Assembly (NCBI GenBank): GCA_965222375.1
Contig: CBDCTZ010000008.1
Span: 454,514-518,513, forward strand
DNA length: 64,000 nt
From: Polyangiaceae bacterium
GTDB lineage: Bacteria; Myxococcota_A; Polyangia; Polyangiales; Polyangiaceae
Reading direction: 5' to 3'
The notes beneath the pieces are model-generated. The model made no database searches. It was given only the letters and a program-made list of their open reading frames with translations, and was not told the origin of the DNA. Both the position numbers and the translations under genes were made by a program. Shown in pieces: positions 1 to 9,788 of this stretch (its first letter is position 1; every line of letters begins with the position of its first letter).

Positions 1-2389
1 GCGCGGGAGTGGTCTCGTCTTCCAAGGTCACTCGCTGGTCTTCGGCTGCGCGAGGCACCTCGACGGGCATTGTTTTCTCACCACTGGCGATGGGCGTCGC
101 TCCCAACGCCGCGCGATCCTCCTCGGACAGCACGACCACCCGACGCGGGAGCTTCTTCTGAGCACGAACCGTCACCGTGCGCTTCTTGTCGGGCGCACTC
201 GCACGATACAGCGCCAAGCTGGCGCCTTCCTTGAGATCCATGCCCTCGAGGTCTTCCCGTGCGATCAATGCCTGGCCCGGGGAGGCCTTGGCGCCCGCGC
301 CCTCGGTCAGCACGCCGAACTCCATCCGCACCCGGTCCAGGATGATTTCCGGAGGCGTGTAGTTGCCGCGACTCTTGCTCTCCTTCTTGCCTTCCTTGTC
401 ACACACATGCCCCAGCACGATGCAGTTCTTGTAGGGATGCGGGAACTCTCGCTTGCTCGTCAGCCCCATCTCCTTCTGAGTCTCTTCGTCGAAGACCAGG
501 GAGGAGATCATCAGCAAGGAGTAGAACCAGCCCCGGGTTTGGTCGATGGCCTCGCTGATGAAGTCAGCCGGAAATGCGTCGTCCAACTGCCGGACCGACC
601 CCTCGGCGTGGGGAAAGCCCCATTGTGCGAAGGGCATGCAGCCTGAATCGAACCAACAGTCGATGACCTCGGGAACACGGCGCATGGTCCCGTCGCACTC
701 TTCGCAACCAAAGCTGACTTCATCCACCCAGGGTTTGTGCACCACCAAGTGGTCGCTCAGCTTCGGATCCTTGGCCTTGGCGCGCTGAAAGTGGGCGAAC
801 GCCTCGGGATTTTTGGCCTCGATCTCCGCGACGCTGCTCGGTGCAGCCTTGTGTTCCGAGTCCTTGTCGCACACCCAGACGTTGAGCGGCGTACCCCAAA
901 ACCGTTCCCGAGAAAGCGCCCAATCCACGTTGTTGCGCAGGAAGTCGCCGAAGCGCCCCTCCTTGATGTGCTCCGGGATCCACCCCACGGACGCGTTGTT
1001 CTTCATGGCCTGTTCCAGCCGCGCCGTGGTGCGAATGAACCAGGCGGGCCGCGCCATCTGAATCAAGGGGTCGTCGTCCGCACGCCAGCAGAACGGATAG
1101 TCGTGGCGATACAGTTCCTCGAAGACCAACTGCTCACGCTCCGCCAGCTCGCGCAGGATTTCCCGATCGCAGTCCTTGACCCAGCGCCCCGCGTACTTGC
1201 CCGCTTCGGACTTGAAGCTGCCATCGGGCTTCACCGCGCAGATCAGCTCCACGGACAGTGGGTCGGCATAGCGCGCTAGCTGTCGCCGGTGTGCGTTGTG
1301 GTCGTCTTCACCAAAGGCGGGAGCAATGTGCACGATGCCCGTACCCGTCCCGAGGGTGACGAAGTCTTCCGCCAACACGCGCCAGTACAATGCGTCATCG
1401 CCGCCAGCGCGCAGCGCCACTCGCTCGTCGGCCAAGCGCTCGTAGTAGGTATCGAAGGGTGGCCGGTAGCGCAGCCCCACGAGTTCCTCGGCCCGGACGG
1501 TCTTTTCGACCTTCAGCTTGCGGCCCAGCTTCTTCTCGATGCCCTCCCGCAAGGCAGCGGCGACAACCAGGGTTTTCGCCGCAACTTTGACCTCTTTTGG
1601 CTTCTTCGGGTTCAGGGGCTCGCCGACGCTAACGTAGACGTATTCCGTGTTCGGGCGCACCGCCGCATAGCCATTGCTCGGCAGGGTCCAAGGCGTGGTG
1701 GTCCAAACGACCAGTGCGGCGCTCGGATCATCGACCAGGGGAAAGGTCACGAACACGCTGGGGTCGTCGACGGTCTTGTAGCCGAGCCCCACCTCCGCGC
1801 TCGATAGCGCCGTGCCGCCTTGAGCCCACCACCAGACCACCTTGTGGCCCTGGTAGAGCAGGCCCTTCTTGAACAGCACCGACAGGGCCCACCACACGCT
1901 CTCGACGTAGCTGCGGTGGTAGGTCACGTAGGCATCGGGCAGGCTGACCCAAAAGCCGAGCCGCTCGGTCAGCCGCTCCCAGTCGTTCGTGTAGCGAAAC
2001 ACACTCTCGATGCAGCGGGCCACGAAGGGCTCCACGCCATATTCCTCGATCGCCGCCTTGCCGTGGATACGGAGTTCCTTTTCGACTTCGACTTCCACCG
2101 GCAGGCCGTGGGTGTCCCAACCACCTTTGCGCAGAACGCGCTTCCCCATCATGGAGTGAAATCGCGGGAACAGGTCTTTCATCACGCGAGTCAGCACGTG
2201 GCCGTTGTGGGGCACTCCGTTCGCCGTCGGCGGGCCTTCGTAGAACACGAAGTGAGGAGCATCGGGGCCGCGATGGGACAGAGACTTTTCGAAAATTCGC
2301 CGCTCTTTCCAGAGCTCGAGGACCTCCCGCTCGTAGCGCGGGAAATCCAATGCCTGGGGCACGGGCTTGAATACAGGCGAATTCGTCAT
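1..2389 (-). CDS. ileS: Isoleucine--tRNA ligase, type 2 (3' end runs off the window)
   Basis: Hand translation from ATG 2389: MTNSPVFKPVPQALDFPRYEREVLELWKE...FVFYEGPPTANGVPHNGH (HIGH-like), GWDTHGLPVE, WTTTPWTLPSN, GTGIVHIAPAFGEDD, DWALSRERFWGTPL, FISEAIDQTRGWFYSL and KESKS (KMSKS-like, 371-385, in frame). Absent from the ORF track because no stop falls in the window. Confidence 0.96.
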   Translation of the reverse strand, partial: MTNSPVFKPVPQALDFPRYEREVLELWKERRIFEKSLSHRGPDAPHFVFYEGPPTANGVPHNGHVLTRVMKDLFPRFHSMMGKRVLRKGGWDTHGLPVEVEVEKELRIHGKAAIEEYGVEPFVARCIESVFRYTNDWERLTERLGFWVSLPDAYVTYHRSYVESVWWALSVLFKKGLLYQGHKVVWWWAQGGTALSSAEVGLGYKTVDDPSVFVTFPLVDDPSAALVVWTTTPWTLPSNGYAAVRPNTEYVYVSVGEPLNPKKPKEVKVAAKTLVVAAALREGIEKKLGRKLKVEKTVRAEELVGLRYRPPFDTYYERLADERVALRAGGDDALYWRVLAEDFVTLGTGTGIVHIAPAFGEDDHNAHRRQLARYADPLSVELICAVKPDGSFKSEAGKYAGRWVKDCDREILRELAEREQLVFEELYRHDYPFCWRADDDPLIQMARPAWFIRTTARLEQAMKNNASVGWIPEHIKEGRFGDFLRNNVDWALSRERFWGTPLNVWVCDKDSEHKAAPSSVAEIEAKNPEAFAHFQRAKAKDPKLSDHLVVHKPWVDEVSFGCEECDGTMRRVPEVIDCWFDSGCMPFAQWGFPHAEGSVRQLDDAFPADFISEAIDQTRGWFYSLLMISSLVFDEETQKEMGLTSKREFPHPYKNCIVLGHVCDKEGKKESKSRGNYTPPEIILDRVRMEFGVLTEGAGAKASPGQALIAREDLEGMDLKEGASLALYRASAPDKKRTVTVRAQKKLPRRVVVLSEEDRAALGATPIASGEKTMPVEVPRAAEDQRVTLEDETTPA

Positions 2390-2462
2390 GACTAGCCCGC
2401 TCGTATAGCCCGCTTTTTCCAGGGCTTCCATCTTTGCGGGGGCGCGGCTTTCTGCGCTGGAC

Positions 2463-2999
2463 TCAGGGCGAGTCGAGGGCGATGCCGACCTTTGTCCGCT
2501 GCCGCTTCGGCACGTGGGAGGTGATCAGGCTCGACCATTCAACCTCCACCTCGCGGGGCGGCCCGTCGAGTATCAGCTCGACCTCGTAGCGCGCGCTGCA
2601 ACCATGGCAGACGTTGGTGAAGCGATCCGTCAGAGTGCCCTGAGGGATGGTGCCCGGCGCGGCATCGCGGTCGGCGAAGATGCGACGCTCCATGGTGGGC
2701 AATGCCGGGTCATCGGGCACCAAGCGCACGATCACGGGCGTGGGCGGACCGGCGCCCCGCCAGCGTCCAGTCGCTGCAACGGATAGATCGATGACTTTGG
2801 GCGAGTGAGCGGTGAATCGGAAGTCCAAGGACGGAGTCGACTTGCTGAGCGTCACCGTGTGCTCGAAGCCGGCTTTGACTTCGATCCGCGGCTCGCTGGT
2901 GGCCAAACTCGCCAGCGCCGCAAGCGCGGTTACCGCAGGGGCTGCCCGCCTCGGCAGGCGCCACCACCCCTGCGTCGAAACTGCCGCCCGCCGACTCAT
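2463..2999 (-). CDS. Hypothetical exported protein
   Basis: 178-aa ORF with a hydrophobic N-terminal segment, a beta-rich body and CHGC; ATGA overlap with the thiE stop. Confidence 0.65.
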   Translation of the reverse strand: MSRRAAVSTQGWWRLPRRAAPAVTALAALASLATSEPRIEVKAGFEHTVTLSKSTPSLDFRFTAHSPKVIDLSVAATGRWRGAGPPTPVIVRLVPDDPALPTMERRIFADRDAAPGTIPQGTLTDRFTNVCHGCSARYEVELILDGPPREVEVEWSSLITSHVPKRQRTKVGIALDSP

Positions 3000-3634
3000 G
3001 CGACGATTCCCAAGGCGGCGGCGAGCGCAAGGGGCTGCTGCGCATGCCAGACCGCACCCTGCGCGGCGACGCCGTCTGCCCCCGCACGAAGGCAGGCGTG
3101 AGCGTTGTCTGACGTAACCCCTCCTAGGGCGTACAGCCGCGGCGCTTCGCTCCGTTGCGACAGCTGTGCACGCAGCCGCTCGAGTGCCGTCAGGCCCAAA
3201 GCGGGCGCACCCTTGCGGGATGCAGCTACGGGAGCCAACACGACAGCGTCGGCCTGACTCTCCAACACCCCGGCTTCAGTGTGGGCAGCCGCATACAGCT
3301 GCCGCTGCCAGATGCGACGCGCATCCTCGGTTCGCACCGACGACTCCGCCAGGTGCAGCGCGTCGGCATCGAGCAGCAGCGCTAGATCCGCGCGATCGTT
3401 GACCGCAAGCCCCTGCCCCGTCTCAGAGCAAATCTTCCGCAAGGCAGTTCCGGCACTCAGCAGCCTGCGCACGGGTAGCTCCCGATCCCGGAGCTGCACC
3501 AGGACGCTCCCGGGCACGCATCCCGAGCACAGCGTGTCGGCGCGCTCCAAGCTGGCCTCCACACCCACAGATTGGACATCGGTAACCGCGATCAGTCGTG
3601 GAGCCTTCACACCGTCGGGCATGAAGCGGCTCAC
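2996..3634 (-). CDS. thiE: Thiamine-phosphate synthase (ThiE/TenI family)
   Basis: LIAVTD, VQLRDR, VNDRADLA, ALHL, YALGGVT, AGADGVA motifs; thiG nearby. Confidence 0.85.
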   Translation of the reverse strand: MSRFMPDGVKAPRLIAVTDVQSVGVEASLERADTLCSGCVPGSVLVQLRDRELPVRRLLSAGTALRKICSETGQGLAVNDRADLALLLDADALHLAESSVRTEDARRIWQRQLYAAAHTEAGVLESQADAVVLAPVAASRKGAPALGLTALERLRAQLSQRSEAPRLYALGGVTSDNAHACLRAGADGVAAQGAVWHAQQPLALAAALGIVA

Positions 3635-3921
3635 TTGGCCTTGGCTTTTTCCAGGTCGTCGCGGGCCATCTTCGCGAAACGACTGTTCGGGTAACGGGCG
3701 ATCAGGTGCTCGAGGGTTGCTCGATGCGCATCGGCGTCACCCTTCGCCTTGAACTCTTGCGCTAGGCCGTAGAGCGCTTCCCCCGGGGTCTCATGGCCTC
3801 GCATTTTCGGATCCGGATCTCCGGAGCATTGCATGGGCGCCCAAGCACCCAAGGCAGCTGCGAGAAAGAGCGCCGCTAGTCGCACGTTGGCAACGGTGCT
3901 CCAAGCCGGAGACCGTGGCAA
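3631..3921 (-). CDS. Small exported TPR-like protein
   Basis: Hydrophobic leader, then EALYGLAQEF...LIARYPNSRFAKMA (TPR_6/BamD-like helix pair); GTGA overlap with thiE. Start uncertain. Confidence 0.7.
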   Translation of the reverse strand: MPRSPAWSTVANVRLAALFLAAALGAWAPMQCSGDPDPKMRGHETPGEALYGLAQEFKAKGDADAHRATLEHLIARYPNSRFAKMARDDLEKAKAK

Positions 3922-3934
3922 GAGGCATCACGCG

Positions 3935-4357
3935 TCACGCTGCAGGCTGCGTGCGCTGCGGCCGGTTCGCTCGCCAAATCAATGCAGCAGCGGCTGCAGC
4001 CCCCACGGCGTCTGCCAAGAAATCGAGCCACTCCGCCGAGCGGTGCGGCAGCGCCATTTGGTACAGCTCGAGCAGGCCGCCGAGGGTGGCCGACGTCACC
4101 GCGGAGAGCACGACGATTCGCCCCTCGGGCCAGTCCGGGGATAGCCAGCGCAGCGCGCGCCGGACCACGAACACCATGCCCGCGAAGGCCGCCGCATGCA
4201 GGATCTTGTCGCTGTGACGCAAATCCGGACCGTGGGCGGCGTTGTTCAACCCACCACCGTAGAAGACCGCCAACACGTACAAGACAGCCGGGACGACGTT
4301 CAAGAAGAACCCACCTCGAGGCTCGTCGTCGGGTGCCGGCTCAGACGGAGAGCTCAT
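3935..4357 (-). CDS. VanZ family membrane protein
   Basis: True start is ATG 4357, overlapping the MFS stop (ATGA); DKILHAAAF, LELYQ...PHRSAEWLDFLADAVG signature. Confidence 0.85.
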   Translation of the reverse strand: MSSPSEPAPDDEPRGGFFLNVVPAVLYVLAVFYGGGLNNAAHGPDLRHSDKILHAAAFAGMVFVVRRALRWLSPDWPEGRIVVLSAVTSATLGGLLELYQMALPHRSAEWLDFLADAVGAAAAAALIWRANRPQRTQPAA

Positions 4358-5577
4358 AGCGCAGCCGTGTCTTCCAGTTCTCGATTGCGGGTCTCGGGCA
4401 GCAGCAAGAAGATCAGCCCCACGGCGATCAGGGGGAAAACGGCCGTGACACGAACCGCATTCCCCCAGCCCACATCTCGGGCGAACCACCCCACCACGGC
4501 GGGTGACAGCACATAGCCCACGCGCCCGATGATGTTGTTTGACCAAGCGAACCCGTCTCCCCGGAGCTTGGTCGGGAAAAGCTCCGTGGTGTAGGCGTTG
4601 AGCACTGGCAGCACCGCGCTCACTCCAAAGATACTGAGCACCAGGGCGAGCGTGAGCGGGATGAAGCCATGCAAGGTGTAGCTGAGGAACACGCCGCTGG
4701 AGGCGAGCCCGAAGATGATCAACGCTCCGAACTGACGACCCACGACATCCAGCAGCTTTCCGGAGTAGAAAACCAGAGGCATGCTGGCGACCGCCGCAAT
4801 TGCGATCGCCAGGCCAACTTGACCGTCCGTCATGGAGCGTTCGGCGACCGCAAACTCCTTGAAGAAGGTCACACCGTTTTGGGTGCAGATGTAGGTCAAA
4901 AACCAGATCAGCCCGAGCTGCAAGATGCGCTTCTTGTGGGGCGTTTTCCAAATCGCCAGGATCGGTCGAGGCTGTTCGGGTTTGTCTTGCTGCGCGAAGC
5001 GTTCGGTCTCCTTCAGGTTGCGCCGGGCATAGGCGATATAGATCAGCGGCAGCACGCCAACGAAGTAGACCGTGCGCCAGCCCCAGGGCGTATGGTTCAC
5101 CAGCAGCGGCACCACGCCTGCGCAAAAAACGGATCCCAAAGAGGCGCAGGCGTTGATCACCCCGAGCACCATGCCGCGTCGAGCTGCGGGGAACTCCTCA
5201 GCGGCAATCACCATGCTGGTCGCCCACTCACCGATCAAGAAGATGCGAGCGATCATCTGGAAGATCGCAAACACCCAAACGTTGGGCGACAGCCCGGTTA
5301 GAAATGTGAACGTCGTGTAGCCGAAAATAGTCGCAGTGAGGACTCGGCGCCGGCCCCAGCGATCAGCCTTGCGCACCAGCAAATAGGCAGCGACCGTCCC
5401 CACGTTGATGAAGGCCACCAGCAGGCCTGCGGCAGCCTCGTCGATGCCCATTTCTGCACGCAGATTGGGCAAGATCTGAGTGAGCGCGAGAAAATCGTAA
5501 CCTTCGAAGAAGGTCGCAACGCTCAAGAATACGAACAGCCGCCGCTGGTACGGCGTCAGCGGCACGACCTGGGTCAT
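4354..5577 (-). CDS. MFS transporter
   Basis: 407 aa, about 12 [41 protein letters not shown] motifs. Confidence 0.93.
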   Translation of the reverse strand: MTQVVPLTPYQRRLFVFLSVATFFEGYDFLALTQILPNLRAEMGIDEAAAGLLVAFINVGTVAAYLLVRKADRWGRRRVLTATIFGYTTFTFLTGLSPNVWVFAIFQMIARIFLIGEWATSMVIAAEEFPAARRGMVLGVINACASLGSVFCAGVVPLLVNHTPWGWRTVYFVGVLPLIYIAYARRNLKETERFAQQDKPEQPRPILAIWKTPHKKRILQLGLIWFLTYICTQNGVTFFKEFAVAERSMTDGQVGLAIAIAAVASMPLVFYSGKLLDVVGRQFGALIIFGLASSGVFLSYTLHGFIPLTLALVLSIFGVSAVLPVLNAYTTELFPTKLRGDGFAWSNNIIGRVGYVLSPAVVGWFARDVGWGNAVRVTAVFPLIAVGLIFLLLPETRNRELEDTAAL

Positions 5578-6353
5578 TCGATGTTGCCAACCGTTGGGCT
5601 CGACGCATTGGCGTGGAGCCGCCGCGGCATGCGCCCTGCCAAGTGGGCTTTGCGGCCGGCGACCAGCGCTTCACGCATGGCTTCGGCCATCAGGATCGGC
5701 TTTTTCGCCTCTGCAATGGCGGTATTCATCAGCACGCCGTCGCAGCCCAGCTCCATCGCCACCGCAGCATCGCTCGCCGTCCCCACTCCGGCGTCCACGA
5801 TCACCGGCACCTTGGCTTGTTCGATGATGATTTGGAGGTTGTGGGGATTGCGGATCCCCATCCCAGAACCGATCGGCGCAGCTAGGGGCATTACAGCCGC
5901 GCAGCCGATGTCCTCGAGCTTGCGGCACACGATGGGGTCGTCGATACAGTACGGCAGAACCGTGAAACCCTCCTTGACCAGGATTCTCGCGGCCTCGAGG
6001 GTTTGCTCGTTGTCTGGGTAGAGGGTCTGCTTGTCGCCGATCACCTCCAGCTTGACCAGATCTGCTATGCCGAGCTCCCGGGCCAAACGCAGAGTCCGCA
6101 CGGCATCGTCTGCCGTGAAGCACCCAGCGGTATTCGGCAAAATGGTCCAGCGCCCTTCGGTGAGCAGACCCATCATCGAGCCCGCGCCGCGATCTTTCAG
6201 GTCCACCCGGCGCAGAGCGACGGTCACGACCTCGGCCCCGGAGGCGTCCAGGGCCGCGCGGGTTTCAGCGACGTCGTTGTACTTCCCCGTGCCCACGAAC
6301 AAGCGGGAGGAAAAGACGTGGGCTCCAATCTTCAGCGGGTCCTGACCTGGCAT
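5574..6353 (-). CDS. thiG: Thiazole synthase
   Basis: [57 protein letters not shown]. Confidence 0.97.
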   Translation of the reverse strand: MPGQDPLKIGAHVFSSRLFVGTGKYNDVAETRAALDASGAEVVTVALRRVDLKDRGAGSMMGLLTEGRWTILPNTAGCFTADDAVRTLRLARELGIADLVKLEVIGDKQTLYPDNEQTLEAARILVKEGFTVLPYCIDDPIVCRKLEDIGCAAVMPLAAPIGSGMGIRNPHNLQIIIEQAKVPVIVDAGVGTASDAAVAMELGCDGVLMNTAIAEAKKPILMAEAMREALVAGRKAHLAGRMPRRLHANASSPTVGNIE

Positions 6354-6401
6354 GGCACCCGCGATTAGCCTCGCGGGCGGCCGCGGGCAAGGCCCGGTGC
6401 A

Positions 6402-7214
6402 TCAACCCGCACGGAACACCGTTACCCCTGGCGCCAGCTCTTCCGCGCGGTGACCCAGGGCCCGAACGCGCGCAACTTCGCTGCGCGCCACCAGCAGCAC
6501 GCCCTGCTCGCTCAGCGCGCGCAGCAGCGACGAAACCACCCGCTCGGCAGCGTCGTCACTCATGTAGATGAGCACGTTCTTGCAAATCGCGAGTTCCCAA
6601 AGTCCCGGCGGTGGACCGCTCAGCGCGTCTCGCACGCTGAAGTTCACGATAGCCCTGAGGTGCGGCGCGACGCTCAACCCTTCAGCGGAGTCGGAGAAGT
6701 AGCCGGCGCGCAGACTCTTGGGCAATGGTTCGAGGGCCTCGCTGGGATAGACCCCCTCTCGGGCCGTAGCGATGGCCGTCTCGCTCTTGTCCATGCCCGT
6801 GACCCGCAACGCCACCTCGGGTCGGTCTGCCTCCTGACGGACGCGGTCGAGAACCATCGCCAGAGTCAGCGCTTCCTGACCCGACGAACAGCCCACTGAC
6901 AGCCCGCGCACGCGGTCCCGACCGAGCCACGCACTCTTGGCGAGACGGCTCAGCGCCGCCCACTGGTTCGGATCCCGATAGAACCGCGTCTCACCCACGC
7001 GGAGTCGCTCTGCCAACTCAGCGAGCCTGCTGCGATCCGTCCGCACCAAATCGAGCGCTGCTTCGGTGCTCCCGGTCTCGGCGGCCAGTTCGTCCAGCGC
7101 GTGCTCGAGGCGCGACGAGACCCAACCGCTGGCACGGTCCCCGATGCCGTGCTGCTGCCCCAACAACGCGAGCAAGCTCGCGAGAGCTCGTTCACGTATG
7201 GCGTCTTGGCTCAC
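6402..7214 (-). CDS. cheR: CheR-type protein-glutamate methyltransferase
   Basis: GETRFYRD, SVGCSSGQE, ICKNVLIY. Confidence 0.88.
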   Translation of the reverse strand: MSQDAIRERALASLLALLGQQHGIGDRASGWVSSRLEHALDELAAETGSTEAALDLVRTDRSRLAELAERLRVGETRFYRDPNQWAALSRLAKSAWLGRDRVRGLSVGCSSGQEALTLAMVLDRVRQEADRPEVALRVTGMDKSETAIATAREGVYPSEALEPLPKSLRAGYFSDSAEGLSVAPHLRAIVNFSVRDALSGPPPGLWELAICKNVLIYMSDDAAERVVSSLLRALSEQGVLLVARSEVARVRALGHRAEELAPGVTVFRAG

Positions 7215-7708
7215 GAATCCGCTTCCTCGCCCGCGAAAGCGCCAAGCACTGGGCCATCGAAGACGGCGGAAACACTCAACACCGAGCAGGGCGGTGCGGT
7301 CGGGATTACGCCGACCACGAGTTCTCGTACCGCTTCCGACGCGGTGGCAGGAACCTCGGCAAGACCCGCCCCGGGTAGTTCCCGCAAGCCCCCTAGGGCA
7401 TCGATCAGAAGCCCTGCGCGCCGATGTCGCCCTTTGGGTTCGCGAACCACGACGATGCGTGCGTTCGAGCTGGTACTCTCCGCTGGGGCAGCTCCCAAAA
7501 GCACACCCACGTCGATGATGGGCAATACATCGCCACGCAAAGACGTGACGCCGAAGATCGCGTCCGGTGAATGAAACACCTTGGTCACCGGCCTGAGCGC
7601 AATGACCTCTTGCACTTCCTCCACCATCAAGCCGTACAGCCCGTCACGCACACGAACGGCGATGCAGCGGTTTTCACGCGAGCGGTCGACTGGGGCTTCG
7701 GCCTCCAC
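7211..7708 (-). CDS. cheW: CheW coupling protein
   Basis: YGLMVEEVQEVI, IFGVTSLRGDVLPIID, AGLLID; ATGA-type overlap with cheR. Confidence 0.9.
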   Translation of the reverse strand: MEAEAPVDRSRENRCIAVRVRDGLYGLMVEEVQEVIALRPVTKVFHSPDAIFGVTSLRGDVLPIIDVGVLLGAAPAESTSSNARIVVVREPKGRHRRAGLLIDALGGLRELPGAGLAEVPATASEAVRELVVGVIPTAPPCSVLSVSAVFDGPVLGAFAGEEADS

Positions 7709-7720
7709 GGCGGACCGAAG

Positions 7721-8578
7721 CTAGCACGGCGATGCGCTGGGCCGGGTCAAAAGCGTGCCACCTTCGGGAACGTCCTTCCAGCGTCGATGCATCCAGAGCC
7801 ACTGCTCGGGCTTATTTCGGACTTCGGCCTCCAGGGCGGCGGTGGCCTGCCGCATCACTGATTCGGCCCAGGCGCGCCGAGGCCGCTCTGGTGGCGCAAA
7901 GCGTGCCGCCAACACCAAGCCGTGAGCGCCATCCTCGCCGCGGGTCGGAAAGACCACCAGCAGCGGAACCTTCGCTCGCATAGCCAAGAGCGCGGGTGAA
8001 AGGTCCACTCGTGCAGGCGCACCCAAGAATTGCGTCAGGACCGTCGCCCGCGTTCTCTCTGGTGCTTGGTCAATCAGCATGGCCACGCTGCGACCTTTCC
8101 GCAGCGCGGCCGACACCCCAGCAGCGGCACTTCCCACCGAGAGCAGCTGCAGACCGAAGCGGCCGCGAACCCACTGCCACAACCGATCCGCCCAGCGCAG
8201 CTTCAGATGCTTGGTCACCACCGCCAGCGGCACTTGCCGAGCGACGGCGCAGGCGCAGAGATCCCAATTCCCAGTGTGGGCGGTGGCAACCACACTCGCT
8301 TCGCTCGGCAGCTTGGCAGCGAAATTGTCGAGCCGCAGGCGTACGAAGATCGTCGCCAAGAGTTCCACCAGGCCCGCGCCCAGGGCCGCGTACATGGCGT
8401 TCGCTGCCTTGGCTGGCTCGAAAATACCAGCACGCCCCATTGCAGCAAGCACATGACGCCGGCGCACCGCAAGCAGGCTGCCCACGACGAAACCAAGGAC
8501 GCACCCGAGCCAGCGTGCAAGCCAGCGCACGGGTCGGGGCATGCGTCCGAGGACAACCCCAGCTGCGTCGAAGCTCAA
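7721..8578 (-). CDS. Lipid A / lysophospholipid acyltransferase (HtrB/MsbB family)
   Basis: TAHTGNWD, AMLIDQ, TQFLG, PEQWLWMHRRWK. Confidence 0.9.
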   Translation of the reverse strand: MSFDAAGVVLGRMPRPVRWLARWLGCVLGFVVGSLLAVRRRHVLAAMGRAGIFEPAKAANAMYAALGAGLVELLATIFVRLRLDNFAAKLPSEASVVATAHTGNWDLCACAVARQVPLAVVTKHLKLRWADRLWQWVRGRFGLQLLSVGSAAAGVSAALRKGRSVAMLIDQAPERTRATVLTQFLGAPARVDLSPALLAMRAKVPLLVVFPTRGEDGAHGLVLAARFAPPERPRRAWAESVMRQATAALEAEVRNKPEQWLWMHRRWKDVPEGGTLLTRPSASPC

Positions 8579-8856
8579 ACGAAGCCGGCTTTGCGGGTGG
8601 AGCTCTGAGGCGACTCCGCCGCGCCCGCAAACAACAGATCGAGCGCGAGCACGAAGGTCTCACCTTTGGCAGTCCGAGCTTGCAGCAAGTCACCGTCACG
8701 CTTGACGGCAGCAATCCGACTGACCGTCAGACTCACGCCGTTGCAAGCGCCGTACAGGGTCATGTGCCGACCCGTGGGCAACGCCTGCCAGCCTTCCTTG
8801 TCCTTTTTGCCGGCCTCAGCCGTGGCCATCAGCGACGCAAGATGATCTTCGGTCAT
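8575..8856 (-). CDS. Small hypothetical protein
   Basis: 93 aa with protein-like composition and 4-bp overlap with the acyltransferase; ends RKAGFV. Confidence 0.7.
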   Translation of the reverse strand: MTEDHLASLMATAEAGKKDKEGWQALPTGRHMTLYGACNGVSLTVSRIAAVKRDGDLLQARTAKGETFVLALDLLFAGAAESPQSSTRKAGFV

Positions 8857-8984
8857 GGGCGGCAGAACATGCCCCGCCCGCGGCGCATGTCAAGCCATCC
8901 ACCAACCCGGGGCCGACATGGCGCCCATCCGGGCGGCCACAAATGGTGGCATGGCAGCAGGTGGCGGGTATGGTCGGGCCTCTC

Positions 8985-9788
8985 ATGTCGACGTCTGGGC
9001 CCACCCCCTACGACACGCCGGCACCACACCTGCTGGTGGAAGGGGTCTCTCGGCAGTTCGGGGATTTCTTCGCCCTGCGCAATATCGACATGCGCATCCA
9101 ACGCGGCAACATCGTCGTCATCATCGGCGGCTCGGGTGCGGGCAAAACCACGCTCCTCAAGATCCTGATTGGCTTGGACAAACCCACTGAGGGCCGGGTG
9201 ATCATCGACGACGTCGACATCGTCCCCCTCGGCGAGAGAGCCATGAACCAAGCCCGACGCAAGATGGGAATGGTGTTCCAGTACTCGGCGCTCCTCGACT
9301 CCATGAACGTGATGGACAACGTCGCGTTCCCCCTCCGGGAGCACACCGGCCTGCGCGAAAAGGAGATCCGCAAACGCGTGCTCGAGAAGCTGTCGATCCT
9401 CGGGCTGGAGAACATCGACGAGCGGTTCCCCAGCCAACTCTCTGGCGGGATGAGAAAGCGCGTAGGCTTGGCGCGAGCCCTGATGTTGGAGCCCGAAGTG
9501 CTGATGTATGACGAGCCGACCAGCGGCCTCGATCCGATCACCTGTCGCATGGTGGATGATCTGATCGTCGATACGCGCAATCGGTTTGGCGTCACCAGCG
9601 TCGTCATCAGCCACGACATGGCGGGCGCGCTGCGCATCGCCGACTACATCTATCTGCTCGAGCAAGGCCAGATCGCCGCTCACGGCGGCCCCGCGGATTT
9701 GGTGGAGGGCACGCACCCCACGGTGCGCAAGTTCTTCGATTCAAGCGGAATTTCCGCCAAAGACTTGCTCCACGAACGCGAGCGCTAG
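8985..9788 (+). CDS. mlaF: ABC transporter ATP-binding protein, MlaF/Mkl family
   Basis: GGSGAGKT, MGMVFQYSALLDSM, LSGGMRKRVGLARAL, YDEPTSGLDP, ISHD. Start uncertain (8943/8970/8985). Confidence 0.88.
   Translation: MSTSGPTPYDTPAPHLLVEGVSRQFGDFFALRNIDMRIQRGNIVVIIGGSGAGKTTLLKILIGLDKPTEGRVIIDDVDIVPLGERAMNQARRKMGMVFQYSALLDSMNVMDNVAFPLREHTGLREKEIRKRVLEKLSILGLENIDERFPSQLSGGMRKRVGLARALMLEPEVLMYDEPTSGLDPITCRMVDDLIVDTRNRFGVTSVVISHDMAGALRIADYIYLLEQGQIAAHGGPADLVEGTHPTVRKFFDSSGISAKDLLHERER

Noticed and set aside
177..2395. Several + strand ORFs over the first 2.4 kb
   Set aside because: They are antisense to ileS, whose motifs run in one minus-strand frame.
4358..5125. Long N-terminal part of the 396-aa ORF
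   Set aside because: It overlaps the MFS gene out of frame; only the VanZ part from 4357 is credible.
6354..6401. TPP riboswitch upstream of thiG
   Set aside because: The gap is only 48 bp and lacks the CUGAGA core.
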